The notes under the pieces were generated by a model. It did no database searches and was not told where the DNA came from. It saw only the letters and a program-made list of their open reading frames with translations. A program made the translations under genes and the position numbers. A stretch of DNA of 64,000 bases from Eledone cirrhosa (lineage: Eukaryota): the NCBI GenBank assembly GCA_964016885.1, contig OZ024743.1, positions 208,072,001 through 208,136,000 on the forward strand, written 5' to 3'. Below, one piece after another: positions 1 through 12,465 of this stretch; position 1 is the stretch's first letter, and each line of letters starts with the position of its first letter.

Positions 1-1090
1 CAGTTATGTCTTTTTACGTTCTGACTTCAAATCCCGCTGAGGTGAGGTTTTCTTTATGTTATCGACTTTGTAAGGATGAAAAGCAAAGTACCAGTAATGC
101 ACTGGGGTCGATTTAATCAACTTTTCCCTCCTCCTAAATCAGAACCATTATTATTAATGTCATGTACCCCCAGTTGATGTGTCTGGATATCAACCATTCC
201 TTGTCTCAACAATGTTGACTCCATCAAGATGTCAACTTCAACAATGTCATGAGAACCTTCTGTCAAGATGTCAGGTGTGCTCAGTCACCACACTGTTGAT
301 TTCCTTTGGAAAATTAGCATGGGTTAGACCGGTTGTCCCATTAGAGGCAACTTGGGTCAGATGACTGGGTCTTGCTCATACAAAACTGTTTCTGGCTAGG
401 TTTCTACGACTGGATGCCCTTCCTAACACCAACCACATTTACAGAGTGTGCTGGGTGCTTTTTGTCATGACCACTTTACAGTATAAGGGTGGTGTGGACA
501 GGAGTGGGTGGGTGTTGGGGGTGTGGGATTTGTATGGACAGGGGGGTATAGTTGTTAAGATATGCCTACTAGGACATTAATTGAAATAAATGCTGTAAAC
601 ACACACACATAAATATATATATATATAGTACAATACTTTCTCCTACTCGTCACATAAAATTGTGAGTACATGTTATAACTTAATTGCTATGAGTTAATGT
701 TTTGTTTTGTCTCTTACTCTCCAGACAGCGGTTTGGCTTGTGTCAGATGCTGTGACCCCAGGTGGACTAAGAGTACCATCAGTATGAGTCGAAACTGCCA
801 GAATTCTGTGTCTTTCATTTCTGTTTTTTTTTATTTTTTTTTTTTATTTTAAGATTTCCCTTTGAAAAAAAATTTTCTTTTTTTCATTTTGCCCCGTTTT
901 TGTTAATTGTTTTTTTTTTTGTCATTGTCCTAAGCTTATTTTAGATATATATATATATATATATCATCATCATCATCATCATTTAACGTCCATTTTCCAT
1001 GCTAGCATGAGTTAGATGGGTTGTCCCATTTGAGACAAGCCGAGGTCGAATGACCATGTCTTACTCATACAGAACCGATATATATATATA

Positions 1091-2563
1091 GCCCCATACT
1101 ATTTATTATTGCCCTTCAGGCTATAACAGAGGAGTTCAAGACCGGCTGCCCATGGGAACTCCTATATGCAGATGATCTAACGCTCATAGCTGAAGCAATG
1201 GCTGAACTAGAGAAGAAATTCCAAACATGGAAGCATGGCCTAGAATCAAAAGGCCTTAAAATTAACCTGTCTAAGACTAAAGTTCTAGTTTGTAGGAAGG
1301 AAAATAGGGCACCGGTCCCATCTGGGAAATGGCCATGCTCAGTGTGTAGGAAAGGAGTAGGCAGAAACTCCATTTTATGTCCCAAATACAAAGTATGGGT
1401 GCATAAAAGATGTAGCGGGATCACAGGTAAGCTAACTAAGAATATAGATTTTATGTGTGGCCAGTGCTCTGGTGCAATAAGTAGCAGCAAATGCACACAG
1501 AATACTAGCTCATTCCATTGCACAGATGGTTCTATAGAAATAGTGGACACAGTAGCTAGAGTCAGAACTGGATGAAAAAATTCAGAGAGCTTATACCACT
1601 ATTGGCCGCTAAAGGGTTCTCTCTAAAAATGAAAGGCAGGCTGTATTATGCCTGCATACGAACAGCGATGTTACATGGCAGTGAGACCTGGGCATTGTGT
1701 GCAGAGGATATATGCAGACTGGAGAGGAACGAAGCTTGCATGCTCCGCTGGATGTGTAATAGTAATATACGTGAACGGCAAAGCATAAACGAACTAAGGG
1801 AGAAATTAGGAATAAGAGGGATCAGATGTTGTTTACTCGAGAGAAGACTACGTTGGTATGGTCACGTGATGCGCATGAAAGATGACAGCTGTATAAAGAA
1901 GTACAGGGCGATAAAAATAGACGGTAGCCACGGAGTAGGCAGACCCAGAAAAACGTGGGACGACTTGATAAATTCCGACCTCACACACTTACACCTCTCC
2001 AAGACAATGTCACTGGACCGAGATCTTTGGCGCTACACAGTAATACTGAAGACCTGCCTTGCCTAAGTACAAAGCGAAACCTACAGTCAGTAGGCACCTC
2101 TAACAAAAATACACCCCTGTCCCACTACCCCCACCCCATCCACACCACCCCTTTCAATGTGAAGTTATGTTGGTACCACAACATCCAGTCTGAAACAAAT
2201 GAGGTTGTGTAGGTGTCACGACAAAAAAACACACAGTCCACGCTGTAATGTGGCCGTGTAGGAAACACGGTAAAAACCTCCCAGTCCACACTGTAAACGT
2301 GGTTGGTGTTAGGAAGGGCATCCAGCCGTAGAAAACCCGCCAGACGTGTAGGTGTCATGACAAAAAAACACACAATCCACGCTATAATGTGGCCGTGTAG
2401 GTAACACGGTAAAAACCTCCCAGTCCACACTGTAAACAGCCGTAGAAAACCCGCCAGTCAGTCCTTAAACGAGCAGGACAACCAATCTTGCTTCAAGTGG
2501 GAAAACTCTCGTCCAAACCCATGCAAGCGTGGAAGATGGACGTTAAATGATGATGATGATGAT
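1091..2563 (+). mobile_element. 5'-truncated RTE-clade LINE (family A), disrupted
   Basis: RT motif PWELLYADD through RGRPRKTW-like C-terminus. Internal deletion and a stop; tandem duplication in the 3' UTR (~2207-2455); (GAT)n tail. Confidence 0.93.
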
Positions 2564-3411
2564 ATCAGGGTTTCTCTTGCAATTTATATTAAGGGAAGTG
2601 AGATTGCTAGCGCCATACTCCATGTTTAATTTAAGTAGGAACATCTTTAAAAAAGGTTAGTTTGTTTGATAGAACTAGAGGTAATATCAGAGATTGGTTG
2701 ATAAAAGACAAAGGCTGGCACATCAGAATAGATAGCTAGGTCGCAGTAAAAAGACGAATCCAAATTCTAGAAACAGTTTTACCATTCCAAACATTTTCTA
2801 TGCCACAATGTTATGAAATTGTCAATGAAATCCTGACAAAATACATCAAGAAGACAATTTGTTTTCTATTTTTAGAAGACAGCTGGTAAAAGACAATAAA
2901 TTTGATACCTGAAACCATGAGAGGTATTTAGCAATTATTTCTCTTAAGTGCCACAAACATATTATATTAGACATATCTATTGACGTTGGACAAGAACAAA
3001 AGATTTGCTGAGGATTTATAATCAAAACAGAGCAATTTCTTATAATCAGCAGTCATTGCTACTATCATTGTTATCATTCTTCTGCATCACACACACACAC
3101 ATACATACGCAGACATATGTATATACACATACCTATACACATACATACAGATACTTACATACATGCACATACTCACATACATACATTCACACACACGCAC
3201 ACACATAAACACATTCATAAAAATATATAGATGCACGCACACATCCACAATTATTTGAAGAAGAAAAAAAACCATATTTTGTTCAGATGTGAGATTCTAA
3301 ACAATGCTAACTTCTTTATAACATTTATATACAATAATGTCTACGTGCTGATTTCAGCAACATTATCATTATAATCATCTTGATAACGACAAGTAGAGAA
3401 TTATCAGCAAG

Positions 3412-4140
3412 AGGCTGGTGGATTGTCAGTATAATCGGTAGAGCATCGGACAACATGCTTTGCAGCATAGTTATAGCCCTTTATGTTCTGAGTTCAAACC
3501 CCACCTAGGGTAACTTTGCCTTTCATCAGGGTTGGCAAAAAAAGTACCAGTAATGCACTGGGGTAGATTTAATTGTCTTTCTCCTTCCCTTCAAATAGCT
3601 GGCCTTGTGCTAAATGTAGAAACAATTATTAAGACAGATTTTGTTGGTCTTGTGCCTAAATCAGAAACCATTAATATTTTCACATCCGACAGAGGTCAAG
3701 AAAATAAAGTACCCCTAATGCCCTGGGGGTCGGTTCAATCGACTTTCCCCTCCTCCCCAAGATTGTTGGCCTTGTACCTAAACAGAACCATTATTATTGG
3801 CAGTAGAGGGTCGGACGCCATGCTTTCCAGCATAGTTACATCCCTTTACGATCTGAGTTCAAATCCCGCTGAGGTTGACTTTGCCTTTCATCGGTCGATA
3901 AAATAAAGTACCAGTAATATACTGGGTAATTGCTGGCCTTGTGCCTGAAATAGAAACAATTATTATTATCAGCAAATGGGCATTGTATTGGCAGTAGAAT
4001 TGGTAGAGCATCGGACAACATGCTTTGCAGCATAGTTATATCCCACCTAGGTTAGCTTTGCCTTTCATGCTTACAGGGTTGACAAAGTACCAGTAGTGGA
4101 CTGTGGTTGATTTAATCGGCTTTCCTCTTCCCTTCAAATA
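3412..4140 (+). mobile_element. Cluster of 3-4 tRNA-derived SINE (family S1) copies
   Basis: Repeated ggtagag..cggac...gagttcaaatccc (Pol III A/B-box-like)...gcctttcatc...aagtaccag...gaaacaattatt; same family as 56308-56482. Confidence 0.8.
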
Positions 4141-5009
4141 TATATATAAAATATATATAGACTTCATATATATAAAATATGTAGACTTCATATATATATA
4201 ATATATACATAGACTTCAGATATATATAATATGTATATATAGACTTCAAAAATTTGAACAGGAATATTAACATCTAGAATGACATATTAAAAGCAAATTA
4301 ATTTGATTCACAGGAAAAACTGTTTAGAAATAAACAGTTTTAATAAGAATTTTTACTTTATAAATCTTATCAAAAGAAAATAATTCACTTTTCTCTTTGC
4401 ACTTTAATGAATGTTGAACAGTGTATTGTAGAAAGAAAGCGCATGGCAAGCTATTTTACAGTAGATATGTCCCTCAATGCTCTTAAGACAAACAAATTCC
4501 ATTTCTCCTTCCTTAGAAGACAAAATAATTACTCCCTTATGATAACAATCATCTAATTATAAATAGTGAGACAATTGGTTCAAGTTAGCATCCTATTTGC
4601 ATAAGATAAATGAAATATTGATTGATTGATTGGTTGATTTTTGTTTCAATAAAATGTTTCTGCTGAATAGGAGATTAATATTTGTGAGGCTAAAATGTTT
4701 TTTGTGTGAAGATTTAAAAAAAAACCATTCAAGGAATTTATTGATTATATAAAAACAAAACAAAGAAACAAAAAAGAGAATTTCAGAAGCAAAAATGAAT
4801 TATTGAAATTAGGCAATTGATAGTGTTTCAAGGAAATTTAGAAAGACAAATCTTGGCGAAGAAATATACAGCATTTATAATTAACTTCAGCCTTATCACT
4901 GTCTTCTCAGAGGGGACAGAAAAATAATGAACTCCTTCTCTCTCCCAATTTACCTGTTTTACTATCATGGAAATAGAGGTAGAGATGAGTTGTGTGACTT
5001 AGCTAGGAC

Positions 5010-5350
5010 CCATGATAGTGTTACTGGTAGAATATATACCCATGACAGTGTTGTTGGTAGAATATATACCATGGCAGTGTTACTGGTAGAATATATATCC
5101 ATGACAGTGTTGTTGGTAGAATATATATCATGGCAGTGCTACTGGTAGAATATATATCCATGAAAGTGTTGTTGGTAGAATATATATCCATTAAAGTGTT
5201 GTTGGTAGAATATATACCCATGGTAGTGTTGTTGGTAGAATATATATCTATTGCATTGTTGTTGGTAAAATATATACCCATGACAGTGTTGTTGATATAC
5301 CACAACAGTGCTATTGGTAGAATATATACCACAACAGTACTATTGGTAAC
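5010..5350. repeat. 30-bp minisatellite, ~11 copies
   Basis: Unit ~catgacagtgttgttggtagaatatatatc. Confidence 0.9.
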
Positions 5351-6479
5351 CCTATTTTGATTTGGACTCTAAAATGACATACCCTCTCTGTTCAAAGAAA
5401 ACAATGAAGATAAAGAAGATAAGGTGTTTTTTCCAAAATGAATACCAAATAGTAAACTGAAGGTTAACAAAAACAAGGTAAATATAATAAACTTAGGAAA
5501 ATTAACAAAGAAAAGACAACAAACAAAATCAAAGCCAAACGAAAAAACTTTTTGAAGGGGAAACCTTAAAAAAATTTTTTTAAATAAAAATACAAACAAA
5601 AGTCACAGGAGTAAAATAATATGTTTGAATATTGATTATTGTTTTTGACTAAGTAGAAGATCAATATTTTTCTATGTGAGGGAAAAATTTGTTTGGTTAA
5701 AATAGATTATATTGTTGCTATATGTTTTATTGGTTCCTAGACATATGAACAGTAAGAATTCAACTTAAAATTAAGAGATAATAAACAGCCAAGCTCTTCC
5801 ATGAAATCGGAATGTTAGCAGCCCATCTGAGGAAGGAGCCCTGTGACGTGGATGTCACTGGTCATTATCTGCAGAAGTGCGTTTGCAGTTTTGTCCATGG
5901 AGCACAGCCAAAACACCACCCCCACCTAGGCATAGAGCCTGTCACCCTCTCTTTCTTCTGTGTCCTAATAATCCTTGCTTTTCCCCTCCCTTTCTTCACA
6001 TTTATGTCATTTATAGTCCTTTCCTCTACTTTCCTATACAACCAGATCTGCCCTTCTTTACCCCTTCCCTCTTCTTTTCATTACTTAATTTTGTTTGTAT
6101 CTTTTTTCATATTTCCATCATTGTATAACTTCTGTTAAAATATAGTTGACATATGTTTATGCATAACAGATAACAAAATATTTCTATCATTGTTTAACTT
6201 CTGTCTGTAAAATATAGTTGTTATATGTCTATATATAACAGATAACAAAATATTTCCATCATTGTATAACTTTTGTCTGTAAAATATAGTTGACATTATA
6301 AAAACCATAGCTATTTGAAGTAACTTGCTATAAGATAGTAGTAAAACTAACACATATTTATTTGGTTGTTAATATAGTTGACAGTAAAACTATAACTTTT
6401 ACACATAAAAAAATATAGAAACAGAACTAAACAGGTTAAAACAAAACATCTTTTCTATTGAATTGTGTTTTTTTCTGAC

Positions 6480-6795
6480 ACTCCGTCTGTTACGATAACA
6501 AATGTTTCAGTTAATACGATCAATGGAACAACCTGCTCATGAAATTAATGTGAAAGTGACTGAGCATTCCACAGACATGCGTACCCTTAATGTAGTTCTC
6601 AAGTAAATTCAGCGTGACAAAGAACGTGACAAGGCTGGCCCTTCGAATTACAGGTACAACACATTTTTGTCAGCTGTGTGAACTGAAACAACGTGAAATA
6701 AAGTGTCTTGCTCAAGAACACAACACATTGCCAGGAATCAAACTCACAACCTTATGATTGTGAGCTGAATACCCAAACCACAAAGGCACACCTTC
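6480..6795 (-). mobile_element. SINE family S2 (tRNA head, CORE-like ccttgagcaagacacttt domain)
   Basis: Reverse complement of the head at 57125. Other copies at ~22320-22535, 34460-34690, 41715-41940 and 50060-50240. Confidence 0.65.
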
Positions 6796-7311
6796 AATTG
6801 TCTAAATCATCTGTTAATGCCCCTAAATATATTTGGATATTAAAAAGTATTTGATGTTTAAAATATTTACACTCTGCATTTGATAGAGCACATGACTGTA
6901 TGTAAATAAGGCGCAGACCTCATCAACTTTACTTAGTCATGATCCTGGTACATGTCTACATAAAGATATTGTCATTCTATGGTCTCTGATAATTCTACAA
7001 TTTATTCTATCTACCTCAATTACTTTGTCTATCCACTTTTCAACTAGTAGAATGCCTCCTACGCTACCTACCCCACCATCATTTTTTGCCCAGAAGACCT
7101 TACTCTGGGTTTTTTTTAAAGATTTATTTATTTATGGTCCCAACATAAAAGACTGGAAGATAGTACTGCTTAAGAAGTTCCCTCAGGATTAATGGTTTAA
7201 GTAACCATAGCTGCCTTTCTAACTTTACTATGTTTACACAAGTAAAATGTATTATTTCATATGTTGTGTGCTAGGGTATATAATTAACTTTAGCTGGTTT
7301 TCTTCAATGTA

Positions 7312-7580
7312 ACACCACAGGGTATATATAACGGTGTATATTAAGTGTGTATGTGTGTATAAGTGTCATTAAGAGGACATCACAGGATGTATATAACAGG
7401 GTATATATTAAGTATGTATGTGTATAAGTGTGACCAAAAGGACATCACAGGGTGTATATAACAGTGTGTATATTAAGTGTGTATGTTTATAAGTGTGACC
7501 AAAAGGAAAATCACAAGGTGCATATTATGTATGTGTATAAGTGTGACTAAAATGACATCACAGAGTGTATATAACAGTAT
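7312..7580. repeat. ~62-bp tandem repeat, ~4 copies
   Basis: Repeated catcacagggtgtatataacag...gtataagtgtgacc. Confidence 0.75.
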
Positions 7581-7649
7581 GTAAAAAAAAAACCATCATG
7601 ATTCTATTCCATCCATGTGTCAGTAACAAGAATACTCCTCTAAATTTGA

Positions 7650-8335
7650 ACATTATTCAAAGAAGTGGTGTGTAGGAGAGGAGACTGTACTAGTATGCAC
7701 ATGTGTTGTGCATGGAGGATAATCGATGGGTGAAGAAGTGTCAGGAAATCCCAGTGGAAAGAAGCTGCAGTAATTAAGAGCAGAGGGGGAGTGCTCTGAG
7801 AGCATAATAGCGAAAATAAGGATAGGATGGAAGAAGTTTAGAGAGCCTCTCCCACTGTTGACCACAAAAGGTTTCTCCCTATGTACAAAAGGACAGCTGT
7901 ATGATACCTGTGTGTGAAATGTGATGCTGGATGGTAGTGAAACATGGGCAGTGACTGCAGAGGGCAGGTGTAGACTGGAGAAAAATGAAGGAACCACGCT
8001 TCGTTGGCTGTGCAATGAAAATGTGAGAGAAAAGCAAAGCCTGGATGAACTGAGGGAGAAACTGGGTTTAAGAGGAATCTGAAGTGGTGTATAAGAGAGA
8101 AGAGTGTGTTGGTACGAGCATGTAATGCACATGGATGATGATCGATGAGTGAAGAAGTGTCAGGAAACTCCAGTGGAAGGAAGCTGCAGTAAAGGTTGAC
8201 CAAGATAGACCTGGGCAGAGTGGGTGAGAGCTCACCTCAAATTACTGAATTTCACAGAGTAGATCATGAAGAAACATGAAGAGTGGATAAATGCTGTGCT
8301 GAGAAGGACCTGCCCAACCCATGCTAGCATGGGTT
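7650..8335 (+). mobile_element. Old RTE LINE 3' fragment
   Basis: Degenerate RIGWKKFRE...GSETWA...LREKLG motifs. Confidence 0.75.
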
Positions 8336-10061
8336 GGGCAGGTTCTCTCTCTCTCTCTCTCTGTATGTACTGCTCTCTTATCTCTATCATCACATAATTA
8401 TCTCAAATCTCTTCATCTTTTTTATCTTATACATCTCGCATTTAATATATATCTCACTTTTCTCACTCAAACACTTGATCTATCTATATGTCTGTCTGTT
8501 TTACTCTCTCTCTCTCTTTCTCTTTCTCATATTCTACCAATCTCATCCACTATATTTATATCTTCGTCACTTTTTACTGAATTTACAGCCAATGTTAACC
8601 CAGTTTCTCTTTGAATACCTCCATCTACATGAAAATAACAACAAAACAACCAAGCACACACAGACAGACATGCATACATGCATGCACACACTCACACAAA
8701 TGTACATATACATCTCTCTCAATGTGTGTGTGTGTATGTACACATATATCATACATATCATCATCATCATTGTTTAACATCCATTTTTTTCCACGCTAGC
8801 ATGGGTTAGACAGATTGTCCCATTTGAAGCAAGTTAGGTCAAGTGACCGTCCGTGTCTTGCTCATACAGAACTGATTCTGGCTTGGTTTATTGTGCCAAC
8901 CACCTTAGAGTGTGGACTGAGTGCTTTTTTGTTGTGACACCTACATGACCACTTTACAGTGTGGACTGGGGACTCGGGTGGGGAGTGTAAAGGCATGCGA
9001 GAAGGGTGGGCTGTTAGGATGTGGGCGGTGTATGGAAGGGCAAAGGAGGATAGCAGTTAAGTGGTACATACTAGATATATGCTTCAACTCGTGCATATAT
9101 CTAGTATATATGCTTCAACTCATGCATATATTCTGTATTACTGCATAACGTCAAAGATCTAAATCCTGTGTCATCGCCTTTGAGAAGTGCAATTGTGCAA
9201 GATCAGCTTTTATCACTTCATCCTAGGTCTTCCTAGGTCTTCCTACTCCATAGCTTCTATCAACTTTGATCACTCTGCACCTTTTTTATGCACCTGTCAT
9301 CCTTCATATGCATCACATGACCATACCAACACAATCTCCTCTCCTGTACACTGCACATGATCCCTCCTATGTCCAATTTCTCTCTCAGTTCATTTATGCT
9401 TTGCCATTCATTACACATTCAACATCTAAGAAAACGTTTGAATTCCAGGTTCAATTTGTTTTGATGTAAAGTAGGTTGTTATTCCTAGCTACTGACATAC
9501 AGGATATAGAGTATTGATCACAGGTGTTGATGTTGAAATTGCAATGATCCACATCAAAGACAGCTGATGAGGGAATATCAATATTTGTTTGGTTTCATTT
9601 ATTGTCTTCTTTTTGTTTCTTCCTCCCACTTTCCTTATTATTTTCTCATGTTGCCTTCCACATTTGTTTACCACATGTATGTCTCCATTTACCACAGGTA
9701 TGTCTCCACTTACCACATGTATATCTCTACAGAAATGTTTCTACATTTGATACAAGGCCAGCATTTTGAAGGGAAGGGGAAAGTCAATTAAATCGACCTA
9801 GTATGTTACTGATCCTTTATTTTATTGACCCCTTTAAGGATGAAAGACAAAGCTAGCCTTTGGTGGGATTTGAATGTAAAGTAAAAGTAGGTATACAGTA
9901 ATGAAAAACAAAACATAAAATGCATTTTATTGATTATACAAACCTATCAACAATACCATATCAATAAAAAAAAAAACAGGTATACTGTATACTTACTTTT
10001 GTAGCCCCCTGTATATGAAGAGAGGTGAAAGGCAGGAGAAATGTATGTTTGAGTCAATTGA

Positions 10062-10415
10062 TTAACTCTTTAGTTACCAACCTGGCCAAAACAAGCTCTG
10101 GTTCTATGAAATAAAACCAATTTTAACCCTTTAGTTACCAGCCCAACCAAAACCAAATCTGGTTCTATGAAATAAAACCACCAATTTTAACCCTTTAGTT
10201 ACCAACATACCCAAAATCAGCTCTGGTTCTATGAAATAAAGTCACCCATTTTAAAGGTTTCCAATTTAAATTAAAATCTTCCAACATAATTTTATATAAG
10301 AACCTTACATTTAAGTTACTATCTTAACAATAATTTTAGTAAATCCCTCAAAATTCATCATTAATTAATTAAAATAAAGTGTATTTCATTAGAAATGTGG
10401 TCATGAAAGGGTTAA
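10062..10415. mobile_element. piggyBac-like MITE with triplicated left end
   Basis: Termini ttaaccct.../...agggttaa; three ~58-bp repeats at 10062-10240; inverted copy at 23710-24717. Confidence 0.55.
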
Positions 10416-10637
10416 GGTAAAGAACTAAGAACTACCAGTAGAGTATGTATCACGAGGATGTTATTTTATTCTTAGTTCTTCAGAAGACATTTAAAAGAAA
10501 ATATATTGTAAAAAAGCAACAACAACAAAGGAAAGTAAAGTATGAATTTTCTATTACTTGAAACATTCTTCATACATGGCTATATATATATATATATAAA
10601 CTCTTAGATGTATGTATGTTTTATATATATATATATA

Positions 10638-12465
10638 TGTTTACAACAGACACTCTGTCACGTCTTCTGGTAAGGATATAATCTACCTGGCTTGTGTGTT
10701 CCCCGGATCTATAGGTGATCAGGTGATTGTCACGTTTTTTGAAGTTAGTGTTATAGATAGTTAGGTTATTTGCATCACAGAATTCCAGGATTCTGGAGCC
10801 TTCCTCATTTCTAGTACCAAACCCATAGCCTCCATGGATTTCGTCGTAGCCGTCACAATGTTGCCCAACGTGACCATTTAGGTCGCCTGCAATAATTATA
10901 TAGTCACTGTCAGATATTTGGGAGGTAGTGAGCATCAGTGTCTCATAGAATCTGTCTTTTATAGTGCCGGGCAGTCCGGATTGGGGTGCGTACGCAGATA
11001 TTACTGTCACCGTAGTTCTATTGAGGACAAGTCGTATTTTAATTATTCTGTCGTTCACTCTATTTACGTCTATTATCTTATCTGCCCACTTTTCTGCTAC
11101 CATGATTCCTACTCCACCCAGCCCATCGTCGTTTCCCACCCAGAAAAGCTTATAACATCGTTTTTTACCCTCAATGAATCTAGCAGACCCACCCCTCCAC
11201 CTGGTCTCTTGAATACAACAAACATCGACCTCCTTACGTTCAAGCATTTCTACAACCTCGTTAGCGCGACCCTTTAGGGTGCCTACATTTATGGTACCAA
11301 CTCTGAAGTTTTGGATCGCGTTTGGAGGGTGGTGGGGGGCGGGGGGAGATGGGGTTATGTTAGCCATCCGCGGGCGAAACAAAGAAGAGTGCTCGCATTC
11401 TCGTCCACGAGGTGAATTTGACTTTAGCATTGGCATTTTCGCTCTGAGCGTCCAGATTTTTCTCTCCCTTCCACTCTCCAGGATTCCGTAGTCCGTCCAT
11501 CCATCCATCCATCCATCATATATCGAAGGCAACCGTGCAAGCGATAGTATAGGCCTCTGGCTTATGATTGGTCCGCGTAATAATAATAATGGTGATGCGT
11601 GTGGGGGGGGGGTCTCTGGCTTATAATAATAATGGTGATGCGTGTGGGGGGGGTCTCTGGCTTATGATTGGTCCACGTATTAAGAATGGTGGTGTGTGGG
11701 GGCGGGTGGGAGGGATGTGGGGTAGCTAGCTGGAAGGTTATGAATGTTTAACAGCGAGTAACAAAAAGCAAAACTGCAAGATTTGTTCTGTTCAATACGA
11801 CAAAAACACCGTATTTAAACCTTAATAAATGACAAAAAATACAGATTTCGGATTTTGCGAGATTGGATGTTTGAACTATGTACGAAATTGTGGTGTGTGG
11901 AGTAGATAGGAAAAACGTGAACGTTACGATTACATGGTTACACCGTAGTAGGGGTAGTTGAAGCAGCAATTGTTTGGCGAAAGTGAATAAACATGAACGG
12001 GAATTTATCTTATATATATATATGTGTGTGTGTGTAGCTGAGAGAGAGAGAGTGGGAAGGGGGAGAGAGAGAGAGAGAGAGTGGCTGACCGCAACCCCTC
12101 GTGAAGAAGATGGTGGGTGAAGGGTGTATGAGCGGGATTTTTGACTTTCGAGGTAGCATGATATATATATTTAAAGTAAATTATAAGAAGTAGAATGGGA
12201 AGGATTTTTTTTTTTTTTTTTTTTTTTTGTTTGAGAATACGATAGAATTAGGGAATTGGAGGATACGATAGAATTAAGAATGGGAAGGATTTTGTTTTTT
12301 GTTTGGGAATACGATGGAATTAAGGAATTTAAGGAATTGGAGAATACGATAGAATTAAGGAATTGAGGAGCTGGAAGGTTATGAATGTTTAACAGCGAGT
12401 AACAAAAAGCAAAACTGCAAGATTTGTTCTGTTCAATACGACAAAAACACTGTATTTAAACCTTA
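10638..12465 (-). mobile_element. RTE family A: inverted 5' part (5' UTR + AP endonuclease)
   Basis: Stop-free APE ORF (GTINVGTL, CIQETRW, SAYAPQ, GDLNGH, QVDYIL) ending at RVSVVN against (TA)n. A ~95-bp direct repeat lies at 11728-11824 and 12369-12465. Confidence 0.9.

Noticed and set aside
760-810. Hammerhead-like CTAAGAG...GAAAC
   Set aside because: Core mutated and stems do not pair.
5826-5920. CTGAGGAAGG...CCAAAAC hammerhead-like motif
   Set aside because: GAAA box absent; at best a decayed pLTR.
12080-12160. HDV-like ribozyme at the RTE 5' end
   Set aside because: Could not build the nested double pseudoknot by eye.
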